The notes: generated by a model not told the origin, from the letters alone. A stretch of 25,566 nucleotides of DNA from Desulfonatronovibrionaceae bacterium (GCA_046539845.1 JBKHGE010000006.1:62001-87566), one strand, 5' to 3'; positions 9,011 through 18,633 are shown, counted from the first letter of the stretch. Translations and numbers: made by a program.

Positions 9011-10150
9011 ATGGATCGACGGGATTTTTTCTGCCTTTTAGCCTTCCTGCCGCTCGCCTTCGGGCCGGGGTGCAAGGCCTCGCACATCCGCCGCTCGGTG
9101 GCCGCAGGCAGGCATCTGGCCGAGGGGTCGGTTTCCGGGGCGGCTACCGCGGCAGTCCCGGGCACAGGAGTGCCCGGAGTGGACAGCCTGCTGCGTGCCC
9201 AGCTCAAAAAAATGGTGGACCGACTGATCCAGGAGTGGGGGGACGAAAAAGTGCCCTCGGACAAGGAATACGTCAAATACACTGACGACTACCGCACCCG
9301 GGCGATAATAAACTTTGCAAACGGGAAAATCCGGGTAGAGACTGTGGAGGATAAAAACCGCAAAGAGAAGCTGAGGACCGCCATAATCCACACCCTGCTT
9401 ACTCCAGAGGACCCGGCCCAGGTGGATCTCACCTCGGCCGAACAAGTCAAAATCGGGGAAAAACCCTTTTTGTACAACCTGGTTTTGGACCGGGACGGGG
9501 AGCCTATTCGCTGGGAATGGCGGGCGAATCGATACGCCGAATACCTCATGGACAACGCCTTGCGCGAGGACACCTACAACGAACGAAGGCGAATGTACGT
9601 GACCTTTGAGATGGTGGGGAGCCACGACAAGGAGCAGCAAAAACGCTACAGCGACCATGTCCTGCGCAACTCCAGGCGCTTTGACGTCAACCCGGACCTA
9701 ATCTATTCTATTATCGAAGTGGAAAGCAGCTTCAATCCTTATGCCATGAGCCCGGTCCCGGCTTACGGGCTTATGCAGATAGTCCCGGAGACCGCGGGCC
9801 GCGACGCCTACCAATTGATCCACAAACGCAAAGGCACCCCGAGCCGTGATTATCTGTTTATTCCGGCCAATAACATCCGGCTGGGGACTGCCTATTTGCA
9901 CCTGCTGGATCAAAAATACCTGAAAGAGATCAAAAACCCCCGCTCTAGGGAATACTGTGTCATCGCCGGATACAATACCGGCAGCGGCAATGTGCTGCGC
10001 TCCTTTGCCCCAGACCGGGAACGCGCCCTAAAACGAATAAACGCAATGGACAGCACCCAAGTGTACAGGCATTTGGTCCGCAACCTACCCTATGCGGAAA
10101 CCCGCAGGTATCTGCCCAAGGTGGTCCGGGCCAGGCGGAAATACGCCTGA
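9011..10150 (+). CDS. mltC: Membrane-bound lytic murein transglycosylase C-like protein
   Basis: MltC-type N-terminal region WG...KEYVKYTDDYRTRA; SLT motifs IEVESSFNPYA (catalytic Glu), AYGLMQI, GTAYL, GYNTG, ETRRYL. Confidence 0.88.
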   Translation: MDRRDFFCLLAFLPLAFGPGCKASHIRRSVAAGRHLAEGSVSGAATAAVPGTGVPGVDSLLRAQLKKMVDRLIQEWGDEKVPSDKEYVKYTDDYRTRAIINFANGKIRVETVEDKNRKEKLRTAIIHTLLTPEDPAQVDLTSAEQVKIGEKPFLYNLVLDRDGEPIRWEWRANRYAEYLMDNALREDTYNERRRMYVTFEMVGSHDKEQQKRYSDHVLRNSRRFDVNPDLIYSIIEVESSFNPYAMSPVPAYGLMQIVPETAGRDAYQLIHKRKGTPSRDYLFIPANNIRLGTAYLHLLDQKYLKEIKNPRSREYCVIAGYNTGSGNVLRSFAPDRERALKRINAMDSTQVYRHLVRNLPYAETRRYLPKVVRARRKYA

Positions 10151-10167
10151 AAACGGCCGTCCCCGGA

Positions 10168-11394
10168 TCAGACCCCGGATGTCCGCCTTCGCCGGGTAAG
10201 ATTCTTTTCCAATATCCCGGTCAGAGTGTCCATATCCACCGGCTTGGCCGCGTAATCGTCCATACCGGCCTTAAGAAACCTCTCCCGGTCCCCGTCCTGG
10301 GCATAGGCGGTCAGGGCTATGACCGGAATCCGGTTGAACTTTGAACCCGAAGTCCTGATCTCCTTTACCGTCTGTAGCCCGTCCAAAACAGGCAGCTGGA
10401 CGTCCATCAGTATACAGTCGAAATCCTCTTCCTCCAGGGCATCCAGCACCTCGTTGCCGTTCTCCGCGACCCGGACGCTGTACCCAAGCTTTTCCAAGAG
10501 CCTGCGGGTACTGAACTGGGTAGTGGGATCATCCTCGGCCAGAAGTATCCGGCCTCCTGAGGGCGGAACCGTTTTTTTACCCTCCCTGTCGGATATAAAG
10601 CGGTTTGCATCGGACATGGGAATCTGGAAGGGCAGGTTCACATATACATCGGTTCCTTCCCCCTCCCGGCTATCCAGGGAGACAGTCCCGCCCAGCAGAG
10701 AAACCAACCTCTTGACCAGGGACAGACCCAGCCCGGCCCCCTCAAACTTCCGGGTATATGGTGAGTTTGCTTCGCTGGCCTGGGCAAAGGCATCAAACAC
10801 CCGATCCAGCAAATGAGCGGGGATCCCCCTGCCATTGTCGGAGACAACAAACAAGAGCCACAGCTCTTTTTCTCCGCCTGCGGGCAAAAGCGATACCCGT
10901 AAAAGTACCTCTCCATTTTTTGTGAACTTGACTGCGTTCCCGACCAAATTGAATAAAATCTGCGTCAACCGGGTATGATCGCCGAACAGCTTTTCCGGGA
11001 CCCCCTTTTCCACGCTTATATCCAGGTGGGTTTTATTCTCCCGACAGGCTTGGCTGAAGATATCCGTAATCGACTGCAGGACCTCCTGCAGGGAGAACTC
11101 CCCCTCGCTTAGCTCCAGACTGTCTGCCTCCAGCTGGGATAGATCCAGGATATCGGTCAAAAGCCTGTTCAACCGCTGCGCAGACTTCCGGGCCATGCGT
11201 ATGTACCCGCTCTGCTCCCCGCTCAGGTCCTCGGTCTCGATCAGCTGATGCATGCCGATTATACCGTTCAGCGGGGTACGGATCTCGTGGCTCATATTGG
11301 CCAGAAACTCGGATTTGGCCCGGTTGGCTGCCTCCGCCTTCTCTTTGGTCGTTAAATGTAAATCAAAGCCTGCAGGCAGGCAAACTTTTATCAC
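10168..11394 (-). CDS. Hybrid histidine kinase (HisKA-HATPase-REC) lacking a sensor domain; possibly 5'-truncated
   Basis: [47 protein letters not shown]; receiver ILLAEDD...MDVQLP...KP. His is residue 36. No clear RBS before the GTG. Confidence 0.8.
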   Translation of the reverse strand: MIKVCLPAGFDLHLTTKEKAEAANRAKSEFLANMSHEIRTPLNGIIGMHQLIETEDLSGEQSGYIRMARKSAQRLNRLLTDILDLSQLEADSLELSEGEFSLQEVLQSITDIFSQACRENKTHLDISVEKGVPEKLFGDHTRLTQILFNLVGNAVKFTKNGEVLLRVSLLPAGGEKELWLLFVVSDNGRGIPAHLLDRVFDAFAQASEANSPYTRKFEGAGLGLSLVKRLVSLLGGTVSLDSREGEGTDVYVNLPFQIPMSDANRFISDREGKKTVPPSGGRILLAEDDPTTQFSTRRLLEKLGYSVRVAENGNEVLDALEEEDFDCILMDVQLPVLDGLQTVKEIRTSGSKFNRIPVIALTAYAQDGDRERFLKAGMDDYAAKPVDMDTLTGILEKNLTRRRRTSGV

Positions 11395-11489
11395 TGGCGG
11401 GTTGGCGATTGAAATATCCCTTCCTGACTGATATCGATATATTGTTTTAGAGGCAAAATCGTATTCAATTCAACCTCGGAGCGCGTTCA

Positions 11490-12518
11490 TTGCTTTCCAA
11501 ATTCATACCCCGACTTCATCCCGAGCTGGACTGGGTGCAAGTAGCTGTGAGCTCACACTGCGACGCCAACTGCACTTACTGCCCCCGGACCCGGTTCCGC
11601 TCGGCCTGGAAGTCCAGACACATGGATCCGGATCTGTTCGCCCGTTTCATTGACCGGCTCAAAAACACCACCCTGGTTTATCTCCAGGGCTGGGGGGAGC
11701 CCTTTGTACATCCTCATTTCTGGGAACTTTTGCATCGGGTCAAAAAACGTGGATTCATGGCCGGTTGCACTTCCAACGCCAACAACCTGGACAAAGAGAC
11801 CTTGAAGCGGGCGGTGGGCGAGGGCCTGGACATCCTGGCCCTTTCCCTGGCCGGGGTGGGGGAGGAAAACGACCGAATACGGCACGGGACCTCTTTTGAC
11901 CGGGTCATGCGGACCATAGAAGAGGTGCAGCGCATAAGGGCCAAACAGGGAACAGCTGCCCCTCAAATACATCTGGCATACATGGTTCTGCGCTCCCGGC
12001 TGGCTGACCTGGAGAAACTGCCCCGGCTCGTCCTGGACTCCGGAGTGGATCACACGGTTTTGTCCAGCCTGACCCTGCCTTTGAGCCGGAGATGGGAAAA
12101 AGAGGCTTTGCTGGCGGACAGCCACCAGGGCTACGATACCCTTCTGCAGTGGATGCAAGAGCTCTTTTCCTCCCCGAAGCTAGGTTCGCGGGTATTTCCG
12201 CATATATACAGTCCGTATCAGCCGCTAGGGGCATGTTCGGAGAACGTGCACCGGGCCTTTTGCCTGAGCGAGACCGGCCGGGTCTCTCCCTGCGTTATAG
12301 CCCAGATCCCGACAACAAAACCGGCAGCCTACTGGTATCAGGGACAAGAGTATTTCGCCGAATCGGCGGACTTCGGCAGCCTAACTGAACAGGGTCTGAA
12401 AGATATCTGGTACAGTCGAAAATACAGACGCTTCCGCAGAAAAATGGACCTGGCCATGTGCAGCCACTGTCACAAGACCCGGATAGTATCAGACCCGAAC
12501 TTCCGACTTAAAATCTAA
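11490..12518 (+). CDS. Radical SAM protein with C-terminal SPASM/twitch domain
   Basis: CDANCTYC, LQGWGEPFVHP; C-terminal CSENV...GRVSPC...FGSL...IW...CSHC. GGAG before the TTG start. Confidence 0.85.
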   Translation: MLSKFIPRLHPELDWVQVAVSSHCDANCTYCPRTRFRSAWKSRHMDPDLFARFIDRLKNTTLVYLQGWGEPFVHPHFWELLHRVKKRGFMAGCTSNANNLDKETLKRAVGEGLDILALSLAGVGEENDRIRHGTSFDRVMRTIEEVQRIRAKQGTAAPQIHLAYMVLRSRLADLEKLPRLVLDSGVDHTVLSSLTLPLSRRWEKEALLADSHQGYDTLLQWMQELFSSPKLGSRVFPHIYSPYQPLGACSENVHRAFCLSETGRVSPCVIAQIPTTKPAAYWYQGQEYFAESADFGSLTEQGLKDIWYSRKYRRFRRKMDLAMCSHCHKTRIVSDPNFRLKI

Positions 12519-12598
12519 TTGACTGCTGTGGTGCGCCGGGGGACGTTCAAGCGTCAGGCGCAAAAGCACCTTTGGCAGCCGCGATCGGAGAAAAACTC

Positions 12599-13219
12599 AT
12601 GACAGACAAAAGCAATCCCGACCCCTATGACCTGATCCGGGACTACGAAGAACAGTTCGTCTATGAGCTGGCCCGGGAGGTAGTGGTTAAGCCAGAGGCT
12701 TCGGTATGGATGATTTTGATCCCCATTTTATTCGTCCACCATATGTACCGGGTAAACAAATACAAAAATGGGGTGCATTCCTTTGCCCGTGGGATCATGG
12801 AGCCCAAACTTAAGGCTTTGGAGGGAGCGCTGGAGGAGACTGCATCCGGCGCGGAATGCAGGGAGTTACCGCCTGAGAGTTATTTTCCGGAACTAAAGGG
12901 CCGGGAGGATTTGGACAAGACCCTTTTGTCCAAACAGGTGCGGGTCATAAACCTGCTTAAAGGACACTACCGCCGGCTCATGGATGCGGGTGGGGCCAGC
13001 TATGGCCAGCTCCTGCGCCGAGCCTATCCCCGGGAGCGACAATACAAAGAGTTCATTTCCAGGCTGAACAAGACGGAGCGGGATCTGAACCAATATCTAA
13101 CGGAAAACTTCCACACCTCGGACGAGTCTGTAGACATTGTGCGCAGGATGGAAAAGAAGTGCAAGCTGTTGCGTAAAAAGGAAATCGCTTTTTTCTACAA
13201 TTCTTCCGGCTCGGGTTGA
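12599..13219 (+). CDS. Conserved helical hypothetical protein (resembles NF038143-type proteins, from memory)
   Basis: GGAG before ATG 12599, in frame with the track ORF at 12572. Hydrophobic WMILIPILF segment; LKGHYRRLMDAGGASY motif. Confidence 0.6.
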   Translation: MTDKSNPDPYDLIRDYEEQFVYELAREVVVKPEASVWMILIPILFVHHMYRVNKYKNGVHSFARGIMEPKLKALEGALEETASGAECRELPPESYFPELKGREDLDKTLLSKQVRVINLLKGHYRRLMDAGGASYGQLLRRAYPRERQYKEFISRLNKTERDLNQYLTENFHTSDESVDIVRRMEKKCKLLRKKEIAFFYNSSGSG

Positions 13220-13497
13220 GCCCGGGATTTTCTGGCCCGTTTTTGCTTTAAATACCGCATATACTCTTCAGCCTCAAAATACTCCTCTACATTGTCATAA
13301 TACCAAGCCCCGACATTAGTCCCGCTCTCGCGTAAAAGAGTCACCTGCCAGCCCACCCAGGGAAGGCGCTCCACCAAGGGGGCGAAATGAATAAAAGCCG
13401 CAAGTATCAAGACCACCAACAGTAGTCTTGCCCATCTTTTTTTTAAGGACACCGGGGGCGATTCCCCGCCCCCGGTGTCCTGCTTTGTATCAAGCAA
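13195..13497 (-). CDS. Small single-pass membrane protein downstream of the exporter
   Basis: AGGAG before the TTG start; TM segment LLLVVLILAAFIHF; 21 nt after the exporter stop, same strand. Confidence 0.65.
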   Translation of the reverse strand: MLDTKQDTGGGESPPVSLKKRWARLLLVVLILAAFIHFAPLVERLPWVGWQVTLLRESGTNVGAWYYDNVEEYFEAEEYMRYLKQKRARKSRAQPEPEEL

Positions 13498-13518
13498 GGT
13501 GCTTTGCTCCTGCTGTTT

Positions 13519-15297
13519 TTAGGCCCCAGCCATCAGATTGTCGGTTATATCCCGGAAAAGGACCATAAACATGAGCCAGGCGACGAACAGAGTCAAGAGC
13601 AGATTGAAGGTCTGGCCACAGACATACAGGATAAGGGGCTTTCCGCCGCGCAGAGGCTCCCTGAGTTCCCGGTAGTTGATGCTCAGCCCGATGCTGACAA
13701 AGGCCAGGCAGAAGAACCAGCCGCGGAAACGGTTGGCCATCGCCAGGACTCCATCGTTGACCATGGCCTGACCCCAGTCCATGGTTACTGCGGCCTGCAT
13801 GATGGAGAACACGATCGAGGCGCCGATAAAGCCCAAGATAAACTTGGGGAACCGGTACCAGATCTCAAACAGGGCCCCGCTGGCAGTGAATTTCATAGGG
13901 GCCTGGCCGGGCTTGCAGGCGCGTTGCGGCTCAACCCGCAGACACCAGTAAGCGGCCACGCCAAAGGCGATTACGCCGATCATCACATTCTGGATCATCT
14001 TGATGGTTGCCGCCACATACATGGCCTCCATACCGATCAGCTCCCCGGCCGCGACCACCGAGCCGGTGTTGTCCACCGTCCCGCCCAGCCAAGCGCCGGC
14101 CCAGACCGGATGCATCCCGGCCATATTGGCAATGGCCGGCAAGAGGAAGATCATGACCGCAACAAAGATCATGGACATGCCGATGGACAGGGTCAGCTCC
14201 TCCTTCTTGGCCCCGGATGCGGAGGCCGAGGCAATGGCCGCGGAAACACCCGAGACGCACATATCCGAAGATACCGTTATATTCAGTTCCTTGGAGGGCA
14301 TCTTGATCACCCGTTGACCGAACCAGTAGGTGGAGATCAAAACAATGGGTGTGACCACCCAGGTGACGAATATCCCGGGAATCCCGATCATGGCTATTTG
14401 CCCGATCAAAATGCGCGCGCCGAGGAGAACCAGACCGGTTTTGATAAAAAACTCGGTCTGTCCGGCCGTCTTGATCGATCTTCCCACCCCTGTGGTATTG
14501 GATATAATCAGCCCCAAGGCAAGCGCGAACAGGACATAGGAAAGCCCCAGGGCCTTGAGCGTGGTCTGGCTGCTTATCAGGTAGGCCAAAACCGCCAGGA
14601 CATATATCACTGGAAAGCCGGTGAAGTATTCCCGCATATTGATGCCCATGCACCTGGCCCCGATGGCAAAAAAGAGCATTATGATCACGCCCAGAATGAC
14701 CAGACTGGGGATAAGATTGTACGGTTGGGCGGTGGCCGCGCTCTCAGCCTTGGACAACGCGGATTTGGCTTGTCTCCAATCGTTCATCTTGGATTTGGCC
14801 GCCTCATTTAGCTCCTTGTCCTCAAACCCGGCTGCTTCCGCCTCGGCCTGTGCCTTTTCCGCCTCAGCCCGGGCTTCGGCCACTTCCTCCTTTGCCCGCT
14901 CATAATCATCGGCTGCTGCCGCCCGTTTGGCCGAAGCATCCTCTTCGCTCATGTAAATGGATTTGAGCGGATTGGAAGTCCAACTCTTGGGCCGGGAAGT
15001 CAAGCCGTAAAGCGTGGCGGTGAACCCTTCCTTTTTGGCCTGGATCTTCTTCATGGCCTCTTCGGCCTCGGTATAGGCTATGGTCCGGAATCCGGCCTTT
15101 TCCATTTCCTCGTTCATAACCTCCCGGTATTCCGGAAGTTCACCCACCGACGGTTTCCAGATAAACACGCAAAAAACCGAGACAATAAACAGAAGAGCAG
15201 ACAACCATATGGCCCAATAGTCTTCCGTCTTATAGAGCTGCTTCCACATGCTCATGCGTTCTTCACGGACTGTTTCCTGAGTCACTTCATCAGCCAT
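13519..15297 (-). CDS. YeiH / putative sulfate exporter (PSE) family membrane protein with a long soluble insertion
   Basis: TEDYWAIW, EFFIKTGLVLLGA, CVSGVSAAIA, GAWLGGTVDNTGSVVAAG, IKMIQNVMIG, FPKFILGF, FCLAFVSIGL; AGGAGG RBS. Confidence 0.88.
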   Translation of the reverse strand: MADEVTQETVREERMSMWKQLYKTEDYWAIWLSALLFIVSVFCVFIWKPSVGELPEYREVMNEEMEKAGFRTIAYTEAEEAMKKIQAKKEGFTATLYGLTSRPKSWTSNPLKSIYMSEEDASAKRAAAADDYERAKEEVAEARAEAEKAQAEAEAAGFEDKELNEAAKSKMNDWRQAKSALSKAESAATAQPYNLIPSLVILGVIIMLFFAIGARCMGINMREYFTGFPVIYVLAVLAYLISSQTTLKALGLSYVLFALALGLIISNTTGVGRSIKTAGQTEFFIKTGLVLLGARILIGQIAMIGIPGIFVTWVVTPIVLISTYWFGQRVIKMPSKELNITVSSDMCVSGVSAAIASASASGAKKEELTLSIGMSMIFVAVMIFLLPAIANMAGMHPVWAGAWLGGTVDNTGSVVAAGELIGMEAMYVAATIKMIQNVMIGVIAFGVAAYWCLRVEPQRACKPGQAPMKFTASGALFEIWYRFPKFILGFIGASIVFSIMQAAVTMDWGQAMVNDGVLAMANRFRGWFFCLAFVSIGLSINYRELREPLRGGKPLILYVCGQTFNLLLTLFVAWLMFMVLFRDITDNLMAGA

Positions 15298-15407
15298 GCC
15301 AGGGTCCCTCCTTTGGGTTTATCATTAAAAAATAACTAAAAAATTACCGGAAAGCGCCCGCATTAGAGCACAGGCCTTGAACGGTATCTTTTGTGCTTTT
15401 TACCACA

Positions 15408-15423
15408 AGCAAAAATTTAACCA
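15408..15423 (-). promoter_or_regulatory. Putative sigma54 (-24/-12) promoter of the exporter operon
   Basis: Minus strand TGGTTAAATTTTTGCT = GG-N10-GC with TTGC, about 110 nt upstream of ATG 15297. Confidence 0.55.
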
Positions 15424-15462
15424 CATTGACCAAAAATAGCATATCTTAAAAAGCTTATTATA

Positions 15463-15475
15463 AATCAACAAGTTG
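15463..15475 (+). promoter_or_regulatory. IHF binding site
   Basis: AATCAACAAGTTG matches WATCAANNNNTTR exactly, with AT-rich sequence 5' of it. Confidence 0.6.
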
Positions 15476-15529
15476 TAGGCAGATGATGCCTCTGAGACAA
15501 TCCTCTTTGGCCTTAACCAGACCCCTAAG

Positions 15530-15567
15530 TGCTAACTTTATTTAGCAGAAGCTGAAAACTCCTGGCA
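15530..15567. promoter_or_regulatory. Tandem palindromic operator / upstream activator sites
   Basis: TGCTAA-N6-TTAGCA (15530-15547) and a degenerate copy AGCTGA-N6-CTGGCA (15550-15567), 20 bp apart. Confidence 0.45.
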
Positions 15568-15621
15568 GCACCAAGCCCCGGTCAACTCCCTCGAACGTGC
15601 GCGGTCTTGACTGAGGGGAAA

Positions 15622-15650
15622 TTGACTCAATAGCCGGGCGAGGCTAGACT
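15622..15650 (+). promoter_or_regulatory. Putative sigma70 promoter of the nosP-kinase operon
   Basis: TTGACT (15622-15627), 17 nt, TAGACT (15645-15650). Confidence 0.55.
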
Positions 15651-15709
15651 AAGACTGTAGTTTTCCCAGCGGGATTTAATGCCGGAAATTGTCACTTTAA
15701 GGGGGTTTT

Positions 15710-16849
15710 ATGGGCAATCAGATCAGGCAGGAGGGTATGCCCGGCAAAGCGGTGCGGAGGGGGTGCAGCACTAGCCCGGATGCCGCCGGAGCAGTCCGGG
15801 AATTATTTGGCCAGCTGGGCGGGGACATAAATGCTTTGCTATTTTTCTGCAGCCCGCATTTTGATCTACAGGCCCTGGGCCGGTCAATCCACACCACCTT
15901 CAGCTGCCCGGCGGTCGGATGCACCACCGCCGGGGAAATCTGCTCCCCGCACGGCTACCTGGAAAACAGTCTAGTGGGCGTAGGCTTCGCTTCCCCGGAC
16001 ATCTCCATGACCCCGGCATTTATCCCCTCCCTGAAAAAATTCGTCAACGGAGAAGATAAAACCACCCAGGCGGCCATCTCTTCTCTAGGGTCACTCAAGC
16101 AGTTCGGCTTTCTGCTCATAGACGGCCTGTCTTTGCTCGAGGAGCGGGTGACTTCCATACTCCAGCGCCACCTGGGGGACTCTTTTCTGATCGGGGGCTC
16201 GGCCGGTGACGGACTCGATTTCCGGGAGACCTTTGTCTATCACGAAGGCGATTTTCACAGCGATGCTGCAGTGCTCGCCCTGTTCAGCACCTCCCTGCCC
16301 TTCCGCACCTTTAGAGTCCAGCACCTCGTCCCTACAGAGACCAGACTGGTGATCACTGAGGCGGATGTGGACAAAAGGACCGTGGGAGAAATAAACGGCC
16401 TGCCGGCCACGCAAGAATACGCCCGAATCGTTGGAGTAGACGAGTCTGAACTCTCTCCAGAGGTATTTGCCAGACATCCGCTTATGCTGCGCATTGGCGG
16501 GGAATATTTTGTCCGCTCCATTCGCAGGGCCAACAATGACTCCAGCCTGTCCTTTTACTGCGCCATAACCAACGGGCTGGTCCTCACCCTGGCCAGGGGA
16601 GAAAATCTCTTGCACAACCTGGAAAAACAACTGCACCGATTGACCCTGGAAGCGGGCGCGCCGCAGCTCGTTCTGGGCTGCGACTGCATACTGCGCCGGT
16701 TGGAGGTGGAAGTTAAAGACGAGGCCTCGCAATTCAAGGAGATCCTGGCCAAATATCCTTTCGCCGGCCTGAACACCTACGGTGAACAATACGGGGGAAT
16801 CCACGTAAATCAGACCCTGACCGGACTTTTTCTGGGAGGCAAGGAATGA
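15710..16849 (+). CDS. nosP: FIST-N/FIST-C protein, NosP-type heme/NO sensor
   Basis: FFCSP, GCTTAGEI, LIDGLS..EE, GGSAGD, EINGLPA, YFVRSI, FYCAI, CDCILRR, NTYGEQ..HVNQT. Alternative ATG at 15737. Confidence 0.85.
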   Translation: MGNQIRQEGMPGKAVRRGCSTSPDAAGAVRELFGQLGGDINALLFFCSPHFDLQALGRSIHTTFSCPAVGCTTAGEICSPHGYLENSLVGVGFASPDISMTPAFIPSLKKFVNGEDKTTQAAISSLGSLKQFGFLLIDGLSLLEERVTSILQRHLGDSFLIGGSAGDGLDFRETFVYHEGDFHSDAAVLALFSTSLPFRTFRVQHLVPTETRLVITEADVDKRTVGEINGLPATQEYARIVGVDESELSPEVFARHPLMLRIGGEYFVRSIRRANNDSSLSFYCAITNGLVLTLARGENLLHNLEKQLHRLTLEAGAPQLVLGCDCILRRLEVEVKDEASQFKEILAKYPFAGLNTYGEQYGGIHVNQTLTGLFLGGKE

Positions 16850-18633
16850 GTGACCGCCTGGACGAGCTGGAAAAGGAAAACGCCAGCCTGCGCAAGATCA
16901 ACCGGGTGCTCATGGACCGCGTGGAGCGGTCCATTGACAGCAGCAACAACGCCTTTGGCGTCTTCGAGCACAATATCCTGCTCCAGAAGCATATCGAACA
17001 AAGGACAGCCGAGCTCCGGGAGACCAGCTCCGAGCTGGCCAGACTACTGGAGAATCAGCGCCGGATCAGCTCCCAGCTGGCCGAAAGCAAGGCCCGTCTG
17101 GACCAGCTGGCCAGACACAGCCGGACCATAGCCTGGGAGATCGACCCTGAGGGCCGCTTTACCTACATAAGCTCGGTTGTTGAGCCGGTCCTGGGATACC
17201 GGCCGGAGGACCTGGTGGGCGGGGCCTGTTACTGGGAACTGTGCCCGGAAAAAAATCAAGACCGCTTTAAAAAAGATTTCCTGAGCATTATCAATAGACA
17301 GGAAAAGATAAGCCGGCTCACCAGGCAGGCCCGGACCAAAAACGGAAGCCGGATCTGGCTGTCTACAAATGCCCTTCCCCTGCTGGGGGCAAAAGGTGAG
17401 CTCTTGGGCTACCGAGGGAGTGACACGGATATCAGCGAACAGAAACAGGCCGAGCAGGAACGCGAGACCCTGCAGGCCCAGCTGCTTCAGGCCCAGAAAA
17501 TGGAATCGGTAGGACTTTTGGCCGGGGGAATAGCCCATGACTTCAACAACCTCCTGCAAGCCATAAGCGGCCAGATCCAGCTTTTGGTGCAGAACAAACC
17601 GGAAGACCATCCGGATCTGCCTCGGCTCAAAAGCGTTGCCTCCTCCATTGACCGGGCCGCGCAGCTGGTAAAGCAGCTGCTCTTTTTTAGCCGCAAGGCG
17701 GAAGTGCAAAGCCAGCCCCTGGATCTAAACGCCGGGATCAAAGACACCTTAAAGATGCTCAAGAGGACCATCCCCAGAATGATCTCTATAGAATTCCTCC
17801 CGGGAGAAGATCTCTGGCAGGTGTGCGGGGATCCGGTCCAGGTGGAGCAGGTCGTTCTCAACCTGGGCAGAAACGCGGCCGACGCCATGCCCGACGGCGG
17901 GACAATGACCATCGAAACCGCCAATACCCGGCTAGATACGGACTATGCCAAAACCCGTCCGGATATGGAGCCCGGGGAATACGTGCTTATGTCCGTCTCG
18001 GACACGGGCCGGGGTATGGACAAAGAAACAGTCAAACACATCTTTGATCCCTTTTTCACCACCAAAAAACAGGGCCAGGGCACCGGCCTGGGCTTGGCCT
18101 CGGTATACGGGATAGTCAAAAAGCACGGCGGGCATATCCTGTGTTACAGCCGGCCCGGACAGGGAACCACTTTCAAAATATATTGGCCGGTCTCTTATGA
18201 AGACAGCCGGGGAAGGGAGTCCGCACAGAATACGGCCCGGACGTCTTTGCAGGGCTCGGAAACCATAATGATTGTCGAGGACGAGGAGGAAATCAGAGAG
18301 CTGACCTCGGAGGCATTACAGGAGCAGGGGTACAGGGTTATCCCTGTTTCCAACGGAGAGGAGGCGTTGGAGATCTTTCACTCGCAAAAACAACCCGTCC
18401 ATCTGGTCATTCTGGATCTGAACATGCCCGGAATGGGTGGACACCAATGTCTGGAGGAACTCATGGCCAGGGATCCACACCTCCCGGTCCTTATCTCCAG
18501 CGGATATTCCGCGGCCGGTCTAGCGGAAAGCACATCCAGCGCCGGAGCATCCGGATTCATCGGCAAGCCCTATCACCTGACCGAGCTTTTAACCGAGATC
18601 CGCCGCACCCTGGACAGCACTCCCGAGCGATAG
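16846..18633 (+). CDS. NosP-associated hybrid histidine kinase (coiled coil-PAS-HisKA-HATPase-REC), NahK-like
   Basis: ATGA overlap with nosP; N-terminal LRKINRVLMDRVERS...AFGVFE; PAS; AGGIAHDFNNLL; NAADAM, DTGRGM, PFFTTK, GTGLGL; receiver VEDE...DLNMP...KPY. Confidence 0.88.
   Translation: MSDRLDELEKENASLRKINRVLMDRVERSIDSSNNAFGVFEHNILLQKHIEQRTAELRETSSELARLLENQRRISSQLAESKARLDQLARHSRTIAWEIDPEGRFTYISSVVEPVLGYRPEDLVGGACYWELCPEKNQDRFKKDFLSIINRQEKISRLTRQARTKNGSRIWLSTNALPLLGAKGELLGYRGSDTDISEQKQAEQERETLQAQLLQAQKMESVGLLAGGIAHDFNNLLQAISGQIQLLVQNKPEDHPDLPRLKSVASSIDRAAQLVKQLLFFSRKAEVQSQPLDLNAGIKDTLKMLKRTIPRMISIEFLPGEDLWQVCGDPVQVEQVVLNLGRNAADAMPDGGTMTIETANTRLDTDYAKTRPDMEPGEYVLMSVSDTGRGMDKETVKHIFDPFFTTKKQGQGTGLGLASVYGIVKKHGGHILCYSRPGQGTTFKIYWPVSYEDSRGRESAQNTARTSLQGSETIMIVEDEEEIRELTSEALQEQGYRVIPVSNGEEALEIFHSQKQPVHLVILDLNMPGMGGHQCLEELMARDPHLPVLISSGYSAAGLAESTSSAGASGFIGKPYHLTELLTEIRRTLDSTPER

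Noticed and set aside
3642..11394. Split kinase formed by the ATPase-less PAS-HisKA protein and the sensorless hybrid kinase
   Set aside because: Different H-box classes, opposite strands, 5 kb apart; no evidence beyond complementary domain loss.
13504..14811. 435-aa plus-strand ORF
   Set aside because: Antisense shadow of the YeiH exporter; His/Asp richness mirrors hydrophobic codons.
15526..15547. CIRCE (HrcA) element
   Set aside because: Half-sites are in the wrong order and spacing versus TTAGCACTC-N9-GAGTGCTAA.
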